Of a stretch of DNA of 64,000 bases, positions 1 to 12,184 are shown piece by piece. The notes beneath the pieces were generated by a model. That model saw only the letters and a program-made list of their open reading frames with translations, ran no database searches and had not been told where the DNA came from. Source of the stretch: Callorhinchus milii (lineage: Eukaryota); the NCBI RefSeq assembly GCF_018977255.1, contig NW_024704743.1, forward strand, positions 37,326,001 to 37,390,000. The letters are read 5' to 3'. The translations under genes were made by a program, and so were the position numbers. Position 1 is the first letter of the stretch. The number at the start of each line of letters is the position of its first letter.

Positions 1-119
1 ACTGATTCCAAGAAGTAGCTATACAATTTCTCAGGGTGGCTGGAAATGCACGTTTTCAAATATGAAACGAAGCTGCATATATACTGTTGTATAACTTTCC
101 CTACTTGTTTCTTTCTCAG

Positions 120-177
120 CTGCCGATAATCATGGTAGTGGCTTTCTCTATGTGTATCATCTGCCTACTTATGGCGG
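120..177 (+). CDS. SACM1L: SAC1 phosphoinositide phosphatase, penultimate coding exon (gene truncated by window start)
   Basis: tttctcag|CTG...GCGG|gtaagt; encodes LPIIMVVAFSMCIICLLMA(G), matching the first C-terminal TM helix of SAC1. Confidence 0.95.
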
Positions 178-814
178 GTAAGTAAACTTTTTGAAATGTC
201 GTATTACTTTGAAATGCACTTAAGTTAAATTAAATTATCCAGGCATGTAAACTGGAAAATTCTATTTCTCCTTTGAAGTGTTGCTGGATCTGTTTTGGCC
301 TGAAATACATTAACTGTTTGACCTGCTCCTTCATTGATGTGGTCAATGCAAACCTGTGTGGGATATGTCTCACATTGGGCTGAATCCTGGTTCTAAAAAA
401 CAGCATCTCAGACAATCGGACAAGCCACAACAAATAATGCTTGTCTCCATTCCAGAATGGACAGATTTGATGTAGGTGGAGGAACCAAATCACTTTACTA
501 AATCAAATACCTAAGAAAGCAGGCAAAATCAAGAGAGAAATAGAGAATTAGATGGTAATAGCAAAAATGGAATATGGTAGGAAGACAGAGGCAACACGTA
601 GAGCAATATTAAAGCAATTAGAATGGGGGTGGAGGAGAGGGAACAGGGAATTCTATGAATGGGCAAAGTTGTAAGAGTTAGATGGATTTTACATTTTAAT
701 TATTTGTTTAAAAAGATCACTACTTCTTTTGATAACTGCTTTGGAAATGCTGATGACAGACCAGCCTAATCTGGGGGAAGGATTCTTCCAACTCGGGCTC
801 CTGTTAACACTGCA

Positions 815-1460
815 AGATTTTCGTTGGTCAGGCGGGTGTCTGACATATAGAGAAACCCATCGCCATGCTTAACAGTAACCAAACCAAGCTGAGATTTCCA
901 TGCATCCCACCTACACATGGAAATCCCTGTGTTAGAAATGAAAGGCTGCATTCTCTCCCCGGAGGGTTACATCCTGCTTAGCACTCTGGGGTACTGAGGA
1001 CCGGATTACTGGGACCACCTCAGACCTTTGACTCATTTCTGACATCCCATTGCCACGCATGTCACCCTGTAGCCAGTTCATCTCCCAAGGAGATCCCGGG
1101 TTACTTTTCCCTCCCCCACCAAAGGAGGATAGTCACTAGTCCCAGCTGGACAAGAGGCAGGAAGCTTGTCAGGAGTTTATCTCAGTGGCAAACTATTCAC
1201 TTTTAGCTGTTTAAGCTCCCAACAATACCCAACACACATTTTGGGATCCTCAAGAGTCATGGCTGTCACCAACCTGAGCCTAATACATTTGAAAGTTAGT
1301 TAAGCAGGGTGCATCCCTCCAGGGAGAATGTACACTCCATTCCAACCAAGAGAAATTTACATTCGCAGGTGGTGTGCATATGTGGAACTTTGTCTGGTTT
1401 GAATATTCTTCAGCATGGTCATGGGTTTCTGCGTGGGTCAAACACTTAGCTGACAAAAGA
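815..1460. repeat. Two inverted copies of an unclassified interspersed repeat in the last SACM1L intron
   Basis: ~815-1000 matches the reverse complement of ~1300-1460; related copies at ~8065-8350, 13440-13680, 51040-51330 and 59500-59770. Confidence 0.7.
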
Positions 1461-1608
1461 AAACATTTTTTTAAAAATTCTGTGTTTCAGGTACTGTTAA
1501 ATACAAAATCAATACATCCATACTTGCTAGCTTATCGTTTGTTTAAAAAAAAGTCAGTTACAATTTTAAGTGTGATCTTTCATACATTTTCTTTGGTCTT
1601 GATATTAG

Positions 1609-1745
1609 GTGACACCTGGACGGAGACCTTAGCTTATGTGCTGTTTTGGGGAAGTGCAAGTTTTGGAACTGCAGCCATCATCCTCTTCAATGGAAAGGAA
1701 TTTGTTGATGCACCGAAGCTGGTACAGAAAGAAAAGGTGGACTGA
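1609..1745 (+). CDS. SACM1L: SAC1, last coding exon
   Basis: attag|GT phase-compatible with the previous exon; (G)[44 protein letters not shown]; ends in the KxKxx COPI-retrieval motif (human KEKID). Confidence 0.96.
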
Positions 1746-2275
1746 ATGTGTACCTGTGGAAAGCAGCTTGGTCAAGATTCTGCCCCAATGTGGAGGGTCT
1801 ACTGACCTGCTTTTCACACCAAACATGTTGTTCTTTTTAAAGAAGTTTGATTTCTACGAGTGAAAATAATGGTGGTGGAGTGCAGTCAGGCTCCGATCGT
1901 TCAGCCTTAGCCATGATTAATGTTCTTTTTGTCATTCTGACCGTTTTTTCAGAATCTCACTAATGAAACAACAAAATTTGTTCTTCATTCCATCTTTCTA
2001 TCTTGACAGCTGAATTTGAGGTCCAAAATGTTAGCAAACATGGTATCAGTGTTTAAATGCAACAGGTGTATTTTTTTTTCCCCACTCAGCTTCTCTGTAT
2101 ATATCATGAAATAGATATCTAGCAATAACACACTTGCGAGTGATGAGTTATTGCCTCCATACTTCAATTTGCTGAATTTAAGGTTTTATATAAATGCCTG
2201 CATGACCTCATATGTCTTCAACAGTTTGATGCATAAAGCTGCTGCTTCACATCTTTAGTGCGAACATCTGTTAGC

Positions 2276-2281
2276 AATAAA
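2276..2281 (+). terminator. Candidate SACM1L polyadenylation signal
   Basis: AATAAA ~530 nt after the stop codon; more distal sites are possible. Confidence 0.35.
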
Positions 2282-2437
2282 GGTAACTTGAATAGTTGGC
2301 TGTAATTTACATGCAAAATTGTACAGTGAATTTTAGACCAATATGAAATTTATATTATGTTACAGGATCTACTGTATAGCTTGTTTTCTCCAGTTGTGCA
2401 TTGTTGCTATTTTCTTTTTATTGATTACAATATAATT

Positions 2438-2760
2438 GTGGAGTCTTGTAGCTCAGTGGTTAGAGCACTCGCTTTGCAAGCGAGAGACCTGAGTTCAATT
2501 CCAGGCAGAGCGAAACCTTGGGCAAGTTTCCTTACTCCACACTGAGCCTAATAATAATCCCTCCAAAACCAAAAACAATAATAAATTGGTCATTTTCAAT
2601 CTACGACTGTTTGTAGGACATTGCTGTGCGCAGTTGGCTGCCGCGTTCGCCCACAAATATACAGTCAATTCACTTTACAGTGTGTTCTGTGAAGCGCTTT
2701 GGGACGTCCTCCCGACGTGAAAAGCGCTATATCAAATGCAAGGATTATTATTATTATTAT
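2438..2760 (+). mobile_element. tRNA(Ala)-derived Deu-domain SINE, short/young type
   Basis: Pol III A box TAGCTCAGTGG and B box GTTCAATTCC; Deu-like core GACATTGCTGTGCGCAGTTGGCTGCCGCGTTC; L2-like tail; (ATT)n end; TATAATT duplicated on both flanks. Confidence 0.9.
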
Positions 2761-3137
2761 TATAATTCTACCATAGTTGAAGTGTTTATCAGCTCATAGA
2801 TGAAATATAATTTTGCTAGTCAATAGAATACATCTCCAGCGTACATTTACTAGGCTCCGCTATTACCTTTTTATTACAGAATTAAGATAATATTTAAAAA
2901 TCTGACAAACCTGTCATAATGTTCATAATGGAGCAGTTTGTGAGTTAAGTGTGATTGGTAAAATAATGCACTCTGATTCACCTTTTCCCAAACACTGCCT
3001 AGTTTTGTGAGCATTTTTAAAAAAGAACACATTTAAATAGATTTATAGAGCGCCAATGAATTGCAACAGACACTACCAACCGTTATGCAGTTCGTCCCGC
3101 TGGAGTTGCAGATTTGGACTGAAAATGTACTGAAAGC

Positions 3138-4012
3138 AGCAACCTTGCAAAACGCCTTCAAATTGTTGTGCAATCATTGAGGGTTGGTAAAGGGTGATTT
3201 AATCAGTGTATTCATAAATGGAGAACTAGAATTGTCTTTCTGAATGGAACTAAGGAATCTACTTGTATCAGATTAGCTCAAACTTTTACCTGTAAAAGCA
3301 GTGCAAAATACTATTATTATTTATACAAGTGAAACTGTAATCGGTTTTCTAACTATTTCCATTCCATTGTTATCCTGCTGTCTTTTTTTTGTTTTGTGTT
3401 CCTTTTGGAGTAAAGAATAATAAAATCCGAATAAGTATAAAACGTTTCTAATTTTCTTCCACTTTACACATTACAACACCTGCAATCTTCAGTTTACGAA
3501 CGTAAGTTCAGTTCAGTGCAATACATAATTACTCCATATTGTTGCCCGAATTATTGCTGTAGAGGCTGCTTGTTATTGGTGAGTTTTCTGTACCAGGGAA
3601 ATAACGCATTGGTCATCTCAGCCTAATTTTCTTCAGGAGAGCTCACACCTTGGAGGGATTATTCAGAAGTGACCAGGACACCGTTAATTATGTCTAAATT
3701 GCAAAGATATGATTGTCAAAATAAACTCATTTGCAGGATTACAAAAATAAAATATTAGCTGGAGTTACCACGTCATAAGTTGCGTCTTGTATCCACATCC
3801 TCTGCTTGAAGGAGTTCTTCATGAACTCTATTAGATCTATTACTAGCTATCTTATACATTTAGGTGATTTAGCAACCTTGAAAAACGACTTCAAGTTGTT
3901 GTACAATCATCGAGGGTTGTAACGGGTAACTTAATCAGTGGATTCATAAATGGAGAACTAGAATTGTCTTTCTGAATGGAACTAAGAAATCTATTTGTAT
4001 CAGATTAGCTCA
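3138..4012 (+). repeat. ~142-bp direct duplication (3138-3280 and 3871-4012)
   Basis: Both copies run from AGCAACCTTG through CATAAATGGAGAACTAGAATTGTCTTTCTGAATGGAACTAAG to ATCAGATTAGCTCA. Confidence 0.9.
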
Positions 4013-4084
4013 GACACCACTGACTGAATAGCCTACCCTGCCGACAAAAATTGTACAACTGTATATTTTCTGTGATATTGTCTG

Positions 4085-4345
4085 AACTAGAGGGCATCAA
4101 TTCAGGATAGTTAGCAAACAAGCAAATGAGGAGGTTAAGAGAAATATTTTCACAAAGTATTTAGGACATGGAATGCCCTACCAAGAGCAATGGTTGAGGC
4201 AGAATCTATATTAGCTTTCAAAAGGGAACAAGATGAATACCTAAAAATGAGTCAAATACAGGAGTATGGGGAAGGGGACTGGAACGGGACTGGAATAATT
4301 AAAGCACCAGCACAGACCCAATGGCCTTCTGTGGTTGTATCTGAA
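4085..4345 (+). mobile_element. Degraded CR1 LINE 3' fragment
   Basis: ACTAGAGGGCAT (TRGH) and TGGAATGCCCTACC (WNALP) motifs; similar to the CR1 fragment at 21815. Confidence 0.6.
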
Positions 4346-4559
4346 TGTGCGTCTCATCCATGCTTTGGATGAGATTTTGAATCTGCATGTTCAACAGAAC
4401 AATAACAATACCATTGCACTGCACAGAAGGAAAATGGAAGTTTCTCCCGGTGTCCTAGCCAACAATCACCCAAGATAAAATTGGTCATTCACTACATGTG
4501 GGACATTGCTGAGCACAAATTGGCTGCCGCATTCACCCACCAAAAAAAACACTTTACAG

Positions 4560-4796
4560 TAGGGTGACCATACTTCCACGATTTCCGGAGCCAGTCCCCA
4601 GATGAAGTATTGCCAAATTTGCCCTGTCTTGAGTTCAGCAACAAACTGAGGAAGAACAATAAAATTCTAAAACTCATCACAGAAATACAGCCATTAATCC
4701 AAGAAGCTTCTCCAGTACTGCCAGCATCAGGAATTGTGGTGAATTAAATTTGTTTTATGTGTCCCCGGATTTGGTTTAGAAAATACGGTCACCTTA
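4560..4796. mobile_element. hAT-type (Blackjack-like) MITE inserted into an old Deu-SINE
   Basis: TIRs TAGGGTGACC...GGTCACCTTA; perfect 8-bp TSD CTTTACAG at 4552-4559 and 4797-4804; SINE sequence resumes on both sides. Confidence 0.8.
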
Positions 4797-4856
4797 CTTT
4801 ACAGTAAATCCTGTAAAGCGCTTTGGGACATCCTCCTGACGTGAAAGGCGCTGTAC

Positions 4857-5330
4857 CAACAACAACAGTAAAAGTTGTATTTATATAGTGCTTTTCACAT
4901 CGGGAGGCTGCCCAAGGCGCTGAACATTGAAGGTTTGCACCTGAGCTGGGGGTTGGAACCTAGAGGAGTGCAAGAGAAGGGGTGGAGGTGGGAGGATGAC
5001 CCAAGGCACGATCAATAAGAAAGGTCTTGAGGTGGGCCTTGAAAGAGGCAAGGGAGGGGCCGAGGTGGAGGGGCTCCGGAGTGGAGTTCCAGATGCTGGG
5101 GGCAGAGAGGCGCAAACTCCAATGGTGGAGTGAGCAGGTTGGGGGACACGGAGTACTCCAGGGAACGCCGAGCGGAGGGGGTGGACAGGTTGGTAATGTT
5201 TTAGTAAATGGCAGAGTTAGGGAAAATCAAGACCATGGAGGGCTTTAAAAGTGAGGACGAGGATCTTGACCTCGATCCTCTGGGGGATGGGGAGCCAGTG
5301 AAGCCGGGCGAGGATGGGGGTGATCGGCTC
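4857..5330 (-). mobile_element. L2 LINE 3' fragment (old)
   Basis: (CAA)n tail, reverse complement of the L2 terminal stem-loop and of the ORF2 C-terminal region. Confidence 0.7.
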
Positions 5331-5406
5331 CTGGAGCTTAGAAGAGGGCAAGTCAGTCATATTATCATCACATCATAACATTAACAATAATCATCATCAT
5401 CATCAT

Positions 5407-5735
5407 GTGGAGTCCTGCAGCTCAGTGGTTAGAGCACTCGCTTTGCAAGTGAGAGATCTGAGTTCAATTCCAGGCAGAGGGCGAAACCTTGGGCAAGTTT
5501 CCTTACTCCACACACAGCCCTAATAATAATCCCTCCAAAACCAAAAACAATAATAAATTGATCATTTTCAATCTACGACTGTTTGTGGGACATTGCTGTG
5601 TGCAATTGGCTGCCGCGTTCGCCCACAAATATGCAGTCAATTCACTTTACGGTGTGTTCTGTGAAGCGCTTTGGGACGTCCTCCCGACGTGAAAAGCGCT
5701 ATATCAAATGCAAGGATTATTATTATTATTATTAT
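5407..5735 (+). mobile_element. tRNA/Deu SINE, short type, just upstream of the SNRPD1 promoter
   Basis: Near-identical to 2438-2760. Confidence 0.9.
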
Positions 5736-5889
5736 TTATCCTCACACTTGGAAAATCACCGTACGGGGGTGATGGCCATCATTGTGATTTGGTATCTCCG
5801 CGGTGTGATAAGATACTAATATCAAGTACCAGAGGAGTGTATGACAGGAGGAGGAGGAGGAGGAGGAGGATGGTGGTGGTGGAGGAGAG

Positions 5890-6315
5890 CGGCTCTGATT
5901 GATTGACAGGTCGCCCTCCTCCCGCGGGGGGGGGGGATCATCCGGGTCCCTGCGCGGCGCGGGCAGACTCGGGGCCGCCATCATGAAGTTGGTGCGGTGA
6001 GTGAGAGAGAGCGCGCAACGGCCCCGCGCCGTACCGCACCGCACCGCACCGGGGGTACCCCCCCCCCCCCACACACACACACACCCCGGGGGGAGGGGGG
6101 AGGGGGCGAGGCCCCGGGGCTGAGCTGCTGAGCGGCTCTCGAGGGAAGCGCCTCACAGGGCGGGAGCGCGCGGTGAGGCCTAAGCACAAGGCTCCCGCAC
6201 AGGGCCCGACCCGAGGGAGGAGGCCCCGGGCCCCGGGCAGCGCCGGCCCGCCCGACAGCCTCCCCCTCCCCCTCCCCCTCCCCCTGGGGGTGACTCGGGG
6301 CTCATAGCGCGGTTC
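5890..6315 (+). promoter_or_regulatory. CpG island / SNRPD1 promoter and first exon region
   Basis: The only dense CpG cluster outside repeats; surrounds the ATG in GCCGCCATCATG (YY1-like motif, good Kozak context). Confidence 0.7.
5983..5996 (+). CDS. SNRPD1: Sm D1, exon 1
   Basis: ATG AAG TTG GTG CG|gtgagt = MKLV(R). Confidence 0.93.
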
Positions 6316-6319
6316 GTAA

Positions 6320-7228
6320 GGTGTGTGTGGGGGGGCGGTGTGAGTGGGGGGGCGGTGTGTGTGGGGGGGGCGGTGTGGGGGGGGGGGGTCGGTGTGTGTG
6401 TGGGGGGGGGCTGTGTGTGTGGGGAGGCGGTGTGTGTGGGGCGGGCGGTGTGGGAGTGGGGGGGTCGGTGTGTGTGGGGGGGGCTATGTGAGTGGGGGAG
6501 CGGTGTTTGTGTGTGTGTGGGGGGCGGTGTTTGTGTGGGGGGGGGCTGTGTGTGGGGGGGCGGTGTTTGTGTGGGGTGGGGGGGCTGTGTGTGTGGGGGG
6601 TGGGGGGCTGTGTGTGTGGGGGGGCGGTGTTTGTGTGGGGGGGGGGCTGTGTGTGTGGGGGGGCGGTGTTGTGTGGGGGGGGGGGGCGTGTGTGTGGGGG
6701 GGCGGTGTGTGGTGGGCTGTGTGTGTGGGGGGGCGGTGTGTGGTGGGCTGTGTGTGTGGGGGGGCGGTGTTTGTGTGGGGGGGGGCTGTGTGTGTGGGGG
6801 GCGGTGTTGTGTGGGGGTGGGGGGGTCGGTGTGTGTGGGGGGGGCTGTGTGTGTGTGTGGGGGCTGTGTGTGTGGGGGGGCGGTGTTTGTGTGGGGTGGG
6901 GGGGCTGTGTGAGTGGGGGGCGGTGTTGTGTGGGGGTGGGGGGCTGTGTGTGTGGGGGGGCGGTGTTTGTGTGGGGGTGGGGGGGGTCGGTGTGTGTGGG
7001 GGGGGCTGTGTGTGTGGGGGGGGGCTGTGTGTGTGGGGGGGGCGGTGTTTGTGTGTGGGGGGGGGTCGGTGTGTGTGGGGGGGGCTGTGTGTGGGGGTGG
7101 GGGGGGTCGGTGTGTGTGGGGGGGCTGTGTGGGGGTGGGGGGCTGTGTGTGTGGGGGGGCGGTGTTTGTGTGGGGGTGGGGGAGCGGTGTGGGGGTGGGG
7201 GTGAGGGGGCTGTGTGAGTGGGTGTGTA
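6320..7228 (+). repeat. G/GT-rich minisatellite in SNRPD1 intron 1
   Basis: ~17-20-nt units such as GGGGGGGCTGTGTGTGT and GGGGGGCGGTGTTTGTGT, with dozens of G-runs. Confidence 0.95.
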
Positions 7229-8869
7229 TGGCCGCACACACAATGTGTACTCCTGGGGATGGGAGACTCTCAGGTAATCAGCTCATTGGGGATTTGTAGC
7301 CATAACCAAACTGTATCCGTGAGCAGTTTAGCCGGGGATGGTTGTGGGTGGAGGGGGAAGTGAGAAGAACAATCCGGTTTAAATAGGATTACGGTAAATG
7401 TTTGAAAATGAGTTAGTAGGGTTTGGGACGTGCTGGATTAGGGTTAGAGTAAATCTGACCATTGGAGGAGTTGGAACCATTTTAGTCTGGTTGGACCAAA
7501 TGGCCCTTTTCTTTGCTGTAATGTTACGGTTGGATGAATCCTTTCATCACACATTAAATGAAACTCCCGGCTTTGTTTTTATAGCTCAGCCAGTTTGGGC
7601 CTTCTACCCATCCCTCGCCCCCACCACACCATCATTGGCTGCTGTGCTTTCAGTCAATACGCCGTCTCCATTCCTCTGTAACTCCCTACCTCAATTCCTC
7701 CATCTCTTTGGCTATATACAGTTTGCACTTGAAGACTTCTTTCTTTGACCAAGCCTCTGCCTTCTCTCTGGCTCAGTGTCAAACTACACCATTGTTAAGT
7801 GTCTGAGATATGTGAACAACAACTAGCAATTATACAATGGCCTTCACACGGGGTAGGGTCTCGGAGCACTTAAATGCTCGTGAAGGCATACTCGGAGCCT
7901 GTGAAGGGTGCAAGTTGTAAATGCAAGTTGTTGATGCAGTCATGTGGATCTTTGCTGGAACCTAAATAGGTTTTTTGTGTGTAAAAGAGACTTTTGTATA
8001 TTAAAAAAACAGCATTTGATATTGTACTCTTATCACATTGTTGAGTGTTTCAGGTGGGGCTCATTGTTTTTTGGGTCAGCCAGCTGTCTTGACACATGTA
8101 GGATCCCATCACTATGCTTACGAGTATCCATCTCAATCTCAGGAGTTCCATGCTTGCCACCTACACATGGAAATTCCCATGTATTGGAGTGGAAGTGTAT
8201 TCTCTCCCTGGAGAGCTGCATCCTGTTTACCTAATTCTGAAGAGTATTAGATGCAGGTTGGCGAAGCAAAGTCTTCAGGGATCTCAGAGTGTGTGTTGAG
8301 GTACTGCTGGAGTTTAATCAGCTAAAACTGCATTAGCTTGCCGTGAAAGCAAATAGCCATAATATGAATGATAAAATTAACCTGGAGAATTGTTGGCGAG
8401 GACAGTGGGAGTAGCTTTCTTTTATCAAACAGTATCATGGGATCTTTAAACGTGCAGGATTTTGTTTTAATGTTTTAAGTACTACCTTTAATTAAATTGG
8501 TCGCTCACTTCATGGCTGTTTATGGGATAGTACTGTGTGCAGATTGGTTACCGTGTTCGCCTACAAAACACAGTCACTCCACTTTACGGTATATCCTGTG
8601 AAGTGCTTTGGGACGTCCTCCTAACATGAAAGGTGCTAATTCAAATGTAAGGATTATTATTATATTCATTGTGTTTTTTGTGGCTCTTCATGGAAAAGTT
8701 TGACTTTTTCCTTTTACTGAGTATGTTTCCAAGGGTGCCCTCTTGCACCTCACCTATACTACATTATACCTGGACCTAAACAGAGAGCAGTTAGTGGGGT
8801 ACTTTGCAGGTAAGCCAGATTCTATCCTTGCATATAAAACATCTGTTATATTGTATTTTGTTGAAAAAT

Positions 8870-9225
8870 ACAATACTATACAATACAACAACTTGCACTT
8901 TTCCAGTGCCCTTCATGCAGGGTAGCGTCTAGAGCGCTTAACAGTGATGGAGCCTGATGCTGGGAGGGGGGAGGTGGCCATTAACACGGTCTAAGATGGA
9001 AGTTTGCAGGCGGGACTTAAAAGAGGGATTTAAAAGAGGGGACATTGAGGGAGAGTGTCCAGAGTTTCGGGGCGTAGTTGCTGAAAGCGCGACCTCTGAT
9101 GGTGGGGTGGAGGGTGCGAAGGACGAGCAGGAGGCCGGTACCAGTCGAGTGGAGGCACCAGGTGGTGGATTGGGGAGTGAGGAGGTTGGAGAGGTAGGGA
9201 GGTGCCAGGGATTGAATGGATTTGA
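8870..9225 (-). mobile_element. Old L2 3' fragment
   Basis: Minus-strand translation includes PTIRGRAFSNYAPKLW...PSFKSL, typical of the L2 ORF2 C-terminus. Confidence 0.65.
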
Positions 9226-9234
9226 ACACATTAC

Positions 9235-9535
9235 CATATAGCGAGAAGACCCGGGTTTGATTTCCAGACGGGGCGAAACCTTCGGCAAGTAGGCTTACTC
9301 CAAACACCTCGGTTTACCTAGCAGTAAATAGGAACACGATGGTTGCTGTTGTTGTTAGTCAATTGGTGGATTGCTTTCTGTGGGTAATAATTCCTCCAAA
9401 AAAATTATTATAATAATTTGGTCACTCATTCTATGACTGTGGAACACTGCTGTGCACAATTGGCTGCCATGTTTTGCCTACAAAATATAGTCAGTTCACT
9501 TTACAGTATATTCTGTGAAGCGCTTTGAGACGACT
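9235..9535 (+). mobile_element. Diverged Deu SINE, long type, 5'-truncated
   Basis: GGCGAAACCTT...TACTCCA, extra central segment, Deu core and tail. Confidence 0.7.
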
Positions 9536-10028
9536 CCGTTATTAAAAATACAAATTCTGAGAGTTGAGATTTGAGAGAGAATCTGAGAAATATGGTTGGG
9601 TTTCAAATCATGAAATCTGTGGAACAGCCCATGGGAATCATACGGGACAACGTAGCGATGCAGCCCTGTTATAACATCTTCTTTGTGGCGTGAATTTGGT
9701 TATAATGTGGTTGCAATGTGTTACCAGTGCTATTTATTTGAAAGTCTTGGTAACAGGTGATGCCGAACCCTGCATCCTTTACCTTAAAAAAAATCTCTTG
9801 ATTGTGTTTTATTTAGGTCAGCTTACTTATGTTCCTCTCTTCACCCTGATTGGTGATCCCAGTGACCTTTGTAAATCACTTTGAGATATTATCCAACATG
9901 AAAAACACTAGATCGGTGCAATTTGTACATCTTTGAGCACTGTAAGGGGTAGAATTCATGGTTTGGAGGCCACAGGAGATGGGGTTTCAGGATTTTCCAG
10001 TTCTGATGGAAATATTTTTCTTTGGCAG

Positions 10029-10105
10029 ATTTTTGATGAAGTTGAGCCATGAAACTGTGACTATCGAGCTGAAGAATGGAACACAGGTGCATGGAACGAT
10101 CACAG
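10029..10105 (+). CDS. SNRPD1: Sm D1, exon 2
   Basis: ggcag|A...ACAG|gtaaag; (R)[25 protein letters not shown](G), Sm1 motif. Confidence 0.97.
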
Positions 10106-11086
10106 GTAAAGACAAACCAGGGCTATGAAACCATCTGCCGCTCCTTTGAAAATCATTTAAAACTCAAGAAATAAATCTGTAGCCTGATATATTGTTTTGG
10201 TATCAATGTGAAACATTTATGACGTGCAGTGCATACAGTGTTGTATTTTCTTCACTTCCTGCCTGTGGTTTACCTCGTTTTTATGAATGTCCCTGTAAAA
10301 TTATTAATTTTCAGTTAAAGAATAAGCCATTATCACCCAAGCTAAAAATGTATTTTACAAGGTCCAAACCATGCAGTTGTTGAATCTTAATAAATGCCTT
10401 GTGCAGAATGAGCTGTTTCATCCTGGTACACCAGTGGAGGTACCAGTTCAGTAAGAGAAACTATACTCTTAGCTTTGTCCTGCCACATAGTTGAATTGGG
10501 TTTATATCTCTAGAAGTAGATTACAGTGGAAATGGTGTTCCTGTTGGCATGTCATACTTTGGTTCCTCATGCAAGGATCATCCTAGTTCCTATCCTTAAT
10601 CCCATATTCCGGCCCTTTCCCGTGTCCCTCAACTTTATTCTCCCTCGACTATGTGTCCAGTCTATTTTGAATGTGCACCTAGTTACCACCCCAACAACTG
10701 ACTGTGGCAGAGAATTCCACAATTCCATCACGCTTTGTGTGGAAAAAGTTTCTCCTAGTCTCTGTTCTGGATTTTCCAGTTATATCTGGAGTGGGTGTGA
10801 AGAGATCCTGCTTCCCTCCTTCCTTGAGGATTTCACAGGTGGTTTATTTGACATAGAAAAGTGCAGGTGTGAATCCTCACTTAAATGAATAGAAAGCCTG
10901 CAAGCTGCGTCACAGTACAAATCAATTTCACATTGACTAAGAATGTACAGCTTAATCCCGTGCTCTTTTCAGTTGACCATGAGATAGGATGTAGAAATTG
11001 ATGCTGCAATGATTCTCCAATTTGCAAAACCTTACTGTGTACAGAGGGCATCTTAACTAACTATTTTTGCTTATCTCTTACTCTAG

Positions 11087-11278
11087 GTGTGGATGTCAGT
11101 ATGAACACTCACCTGAAAGCAGTGAAAATGACATTAAAGAACAGAGAACCTGTACAGTTAGAGACTTTGAGTATTCGAGGGAACAACATTCGTTATTTTG
11201 TTCTCCCAGACAGCTTACCATTGGATACTCTGTTAGTTGATGTTGAACCTAAAGTCAAGTCAAAAAAGAGAGAAGCAG
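11087..11278 (+). CDS. SNRPD1: Sm D1, exon 3
   Basis: ctctag|GT...GCAG|gtaatc; [63 protein letters not shown], Sm2 motif. Confidence 0.98.
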
Positions 11279-12107
11279 GTAATCTTTGTTTTTTTTCTCA
11301 CCCTCTTCTGAAAGTACAGAGCCTTGCTGGGGTAGCCATTGCACTGACAGCTCTTGGGTGCTTCCCTAAGTGGCCATTCTTCATATAGCGGATTGGCAGT
11401 CTGACCCTGGCAAGAGCTGCAACCAAACCAAATTCTTTCTTCGCTTGATATATCTGCTTAAGCACTCTTTAGCAATAGCAAACAGAAACAATGGCCCTTT
11501 TACTTTCCCTACCCATTTTGTAGCTTTCATACAATTGGGATTTGGAAGATTCGCAGTGGGAGCTGTAGCAAGTTTATTCCATACATGACTGAAGATTTCC
11601 TCAGTTGGGAAGCAGAAGAGAGCCTAAATATTTTACTGTGTGCGCGCATATACAGCAGTTGTGCAAATCATTTTATTTAAACTGAGTTGATGTTTAGTTT
11701 AAACAGGAAGGCTTATTTAATTTGCTCTTCTAAGTTAGCAATGTCTTCGTAGTCCGGTTTCCTGAATCAGGCTGATCCATAGTACTCCATGGCACTATTA
11801 AAAAGACATGGTTCATCGGCAGGCTGTGTGGTTACTCCACTTTGCTAAAGATACTTGATTTCAGCATCCAACCTCACAGTAAAGCTGCTACTGGTAATAG
11901 TAATGATGGTAATGATGGTCTAGATTTTGTACAGTAAACTGATAACTTGATCCTGGCTTAATTTGTCACTACCACTTAAGTCATCTCTTACTCTAATATT
12001 AATATTCCGTCTGCATTTCTTTCTAATTCACCACTCCTGAAAACTCGTCACTGAGCTGTGAGTTACCAGGAATTTACTGTAATTGATTTTTCTCGTTTCT
12101 TCACTAG

Positions 12108-12184
12108 TTGCAGGGAGAGGCAGAGGGAGAGGTCGGGGCCGAGGACGAGGTCGTGGAAGAGGCCGAGGAGGACCAAGACGATAG
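12108..12184 (+). CDS. SNRPD1: Sm D1, exon 4 (RG-repeat tail)
   Basis: cactag|TT GCA...; (V)A(GR)9GGPRR*; spliced CDS 360 nt = 119 aa. Confidence 0.97.

Noticed and set aside
230..511. Minus-strand ORF/exon-like segment
   Set aside because: No recognisable homology; lies in a SACM1L intron
2438..2512. tRNA-Ala(TGC)-like sequence (also at 5407, 24706, 31002, 44957, 53607)
   Set aside because: These are SINE heads: no proper acceptor stem, and each continues into the Deu core and L2-like tail
5742..6189. Minus-strand ORFs at the CpG island as a possible head-to-head ESCO1
   Set aside because: Low complexity, no recognisable ESCO1 sequence, and the upstream gene is SACM1L on +
6180..7299. Several long ORFs (128-353 aa) rich in Pro/Thr/His or Gly/Val/Cys
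   Set aside because: Artefacts of a nearly stop-free G/T minisatellite in SNRPD1 intron 1; open in multiple frames on both strands
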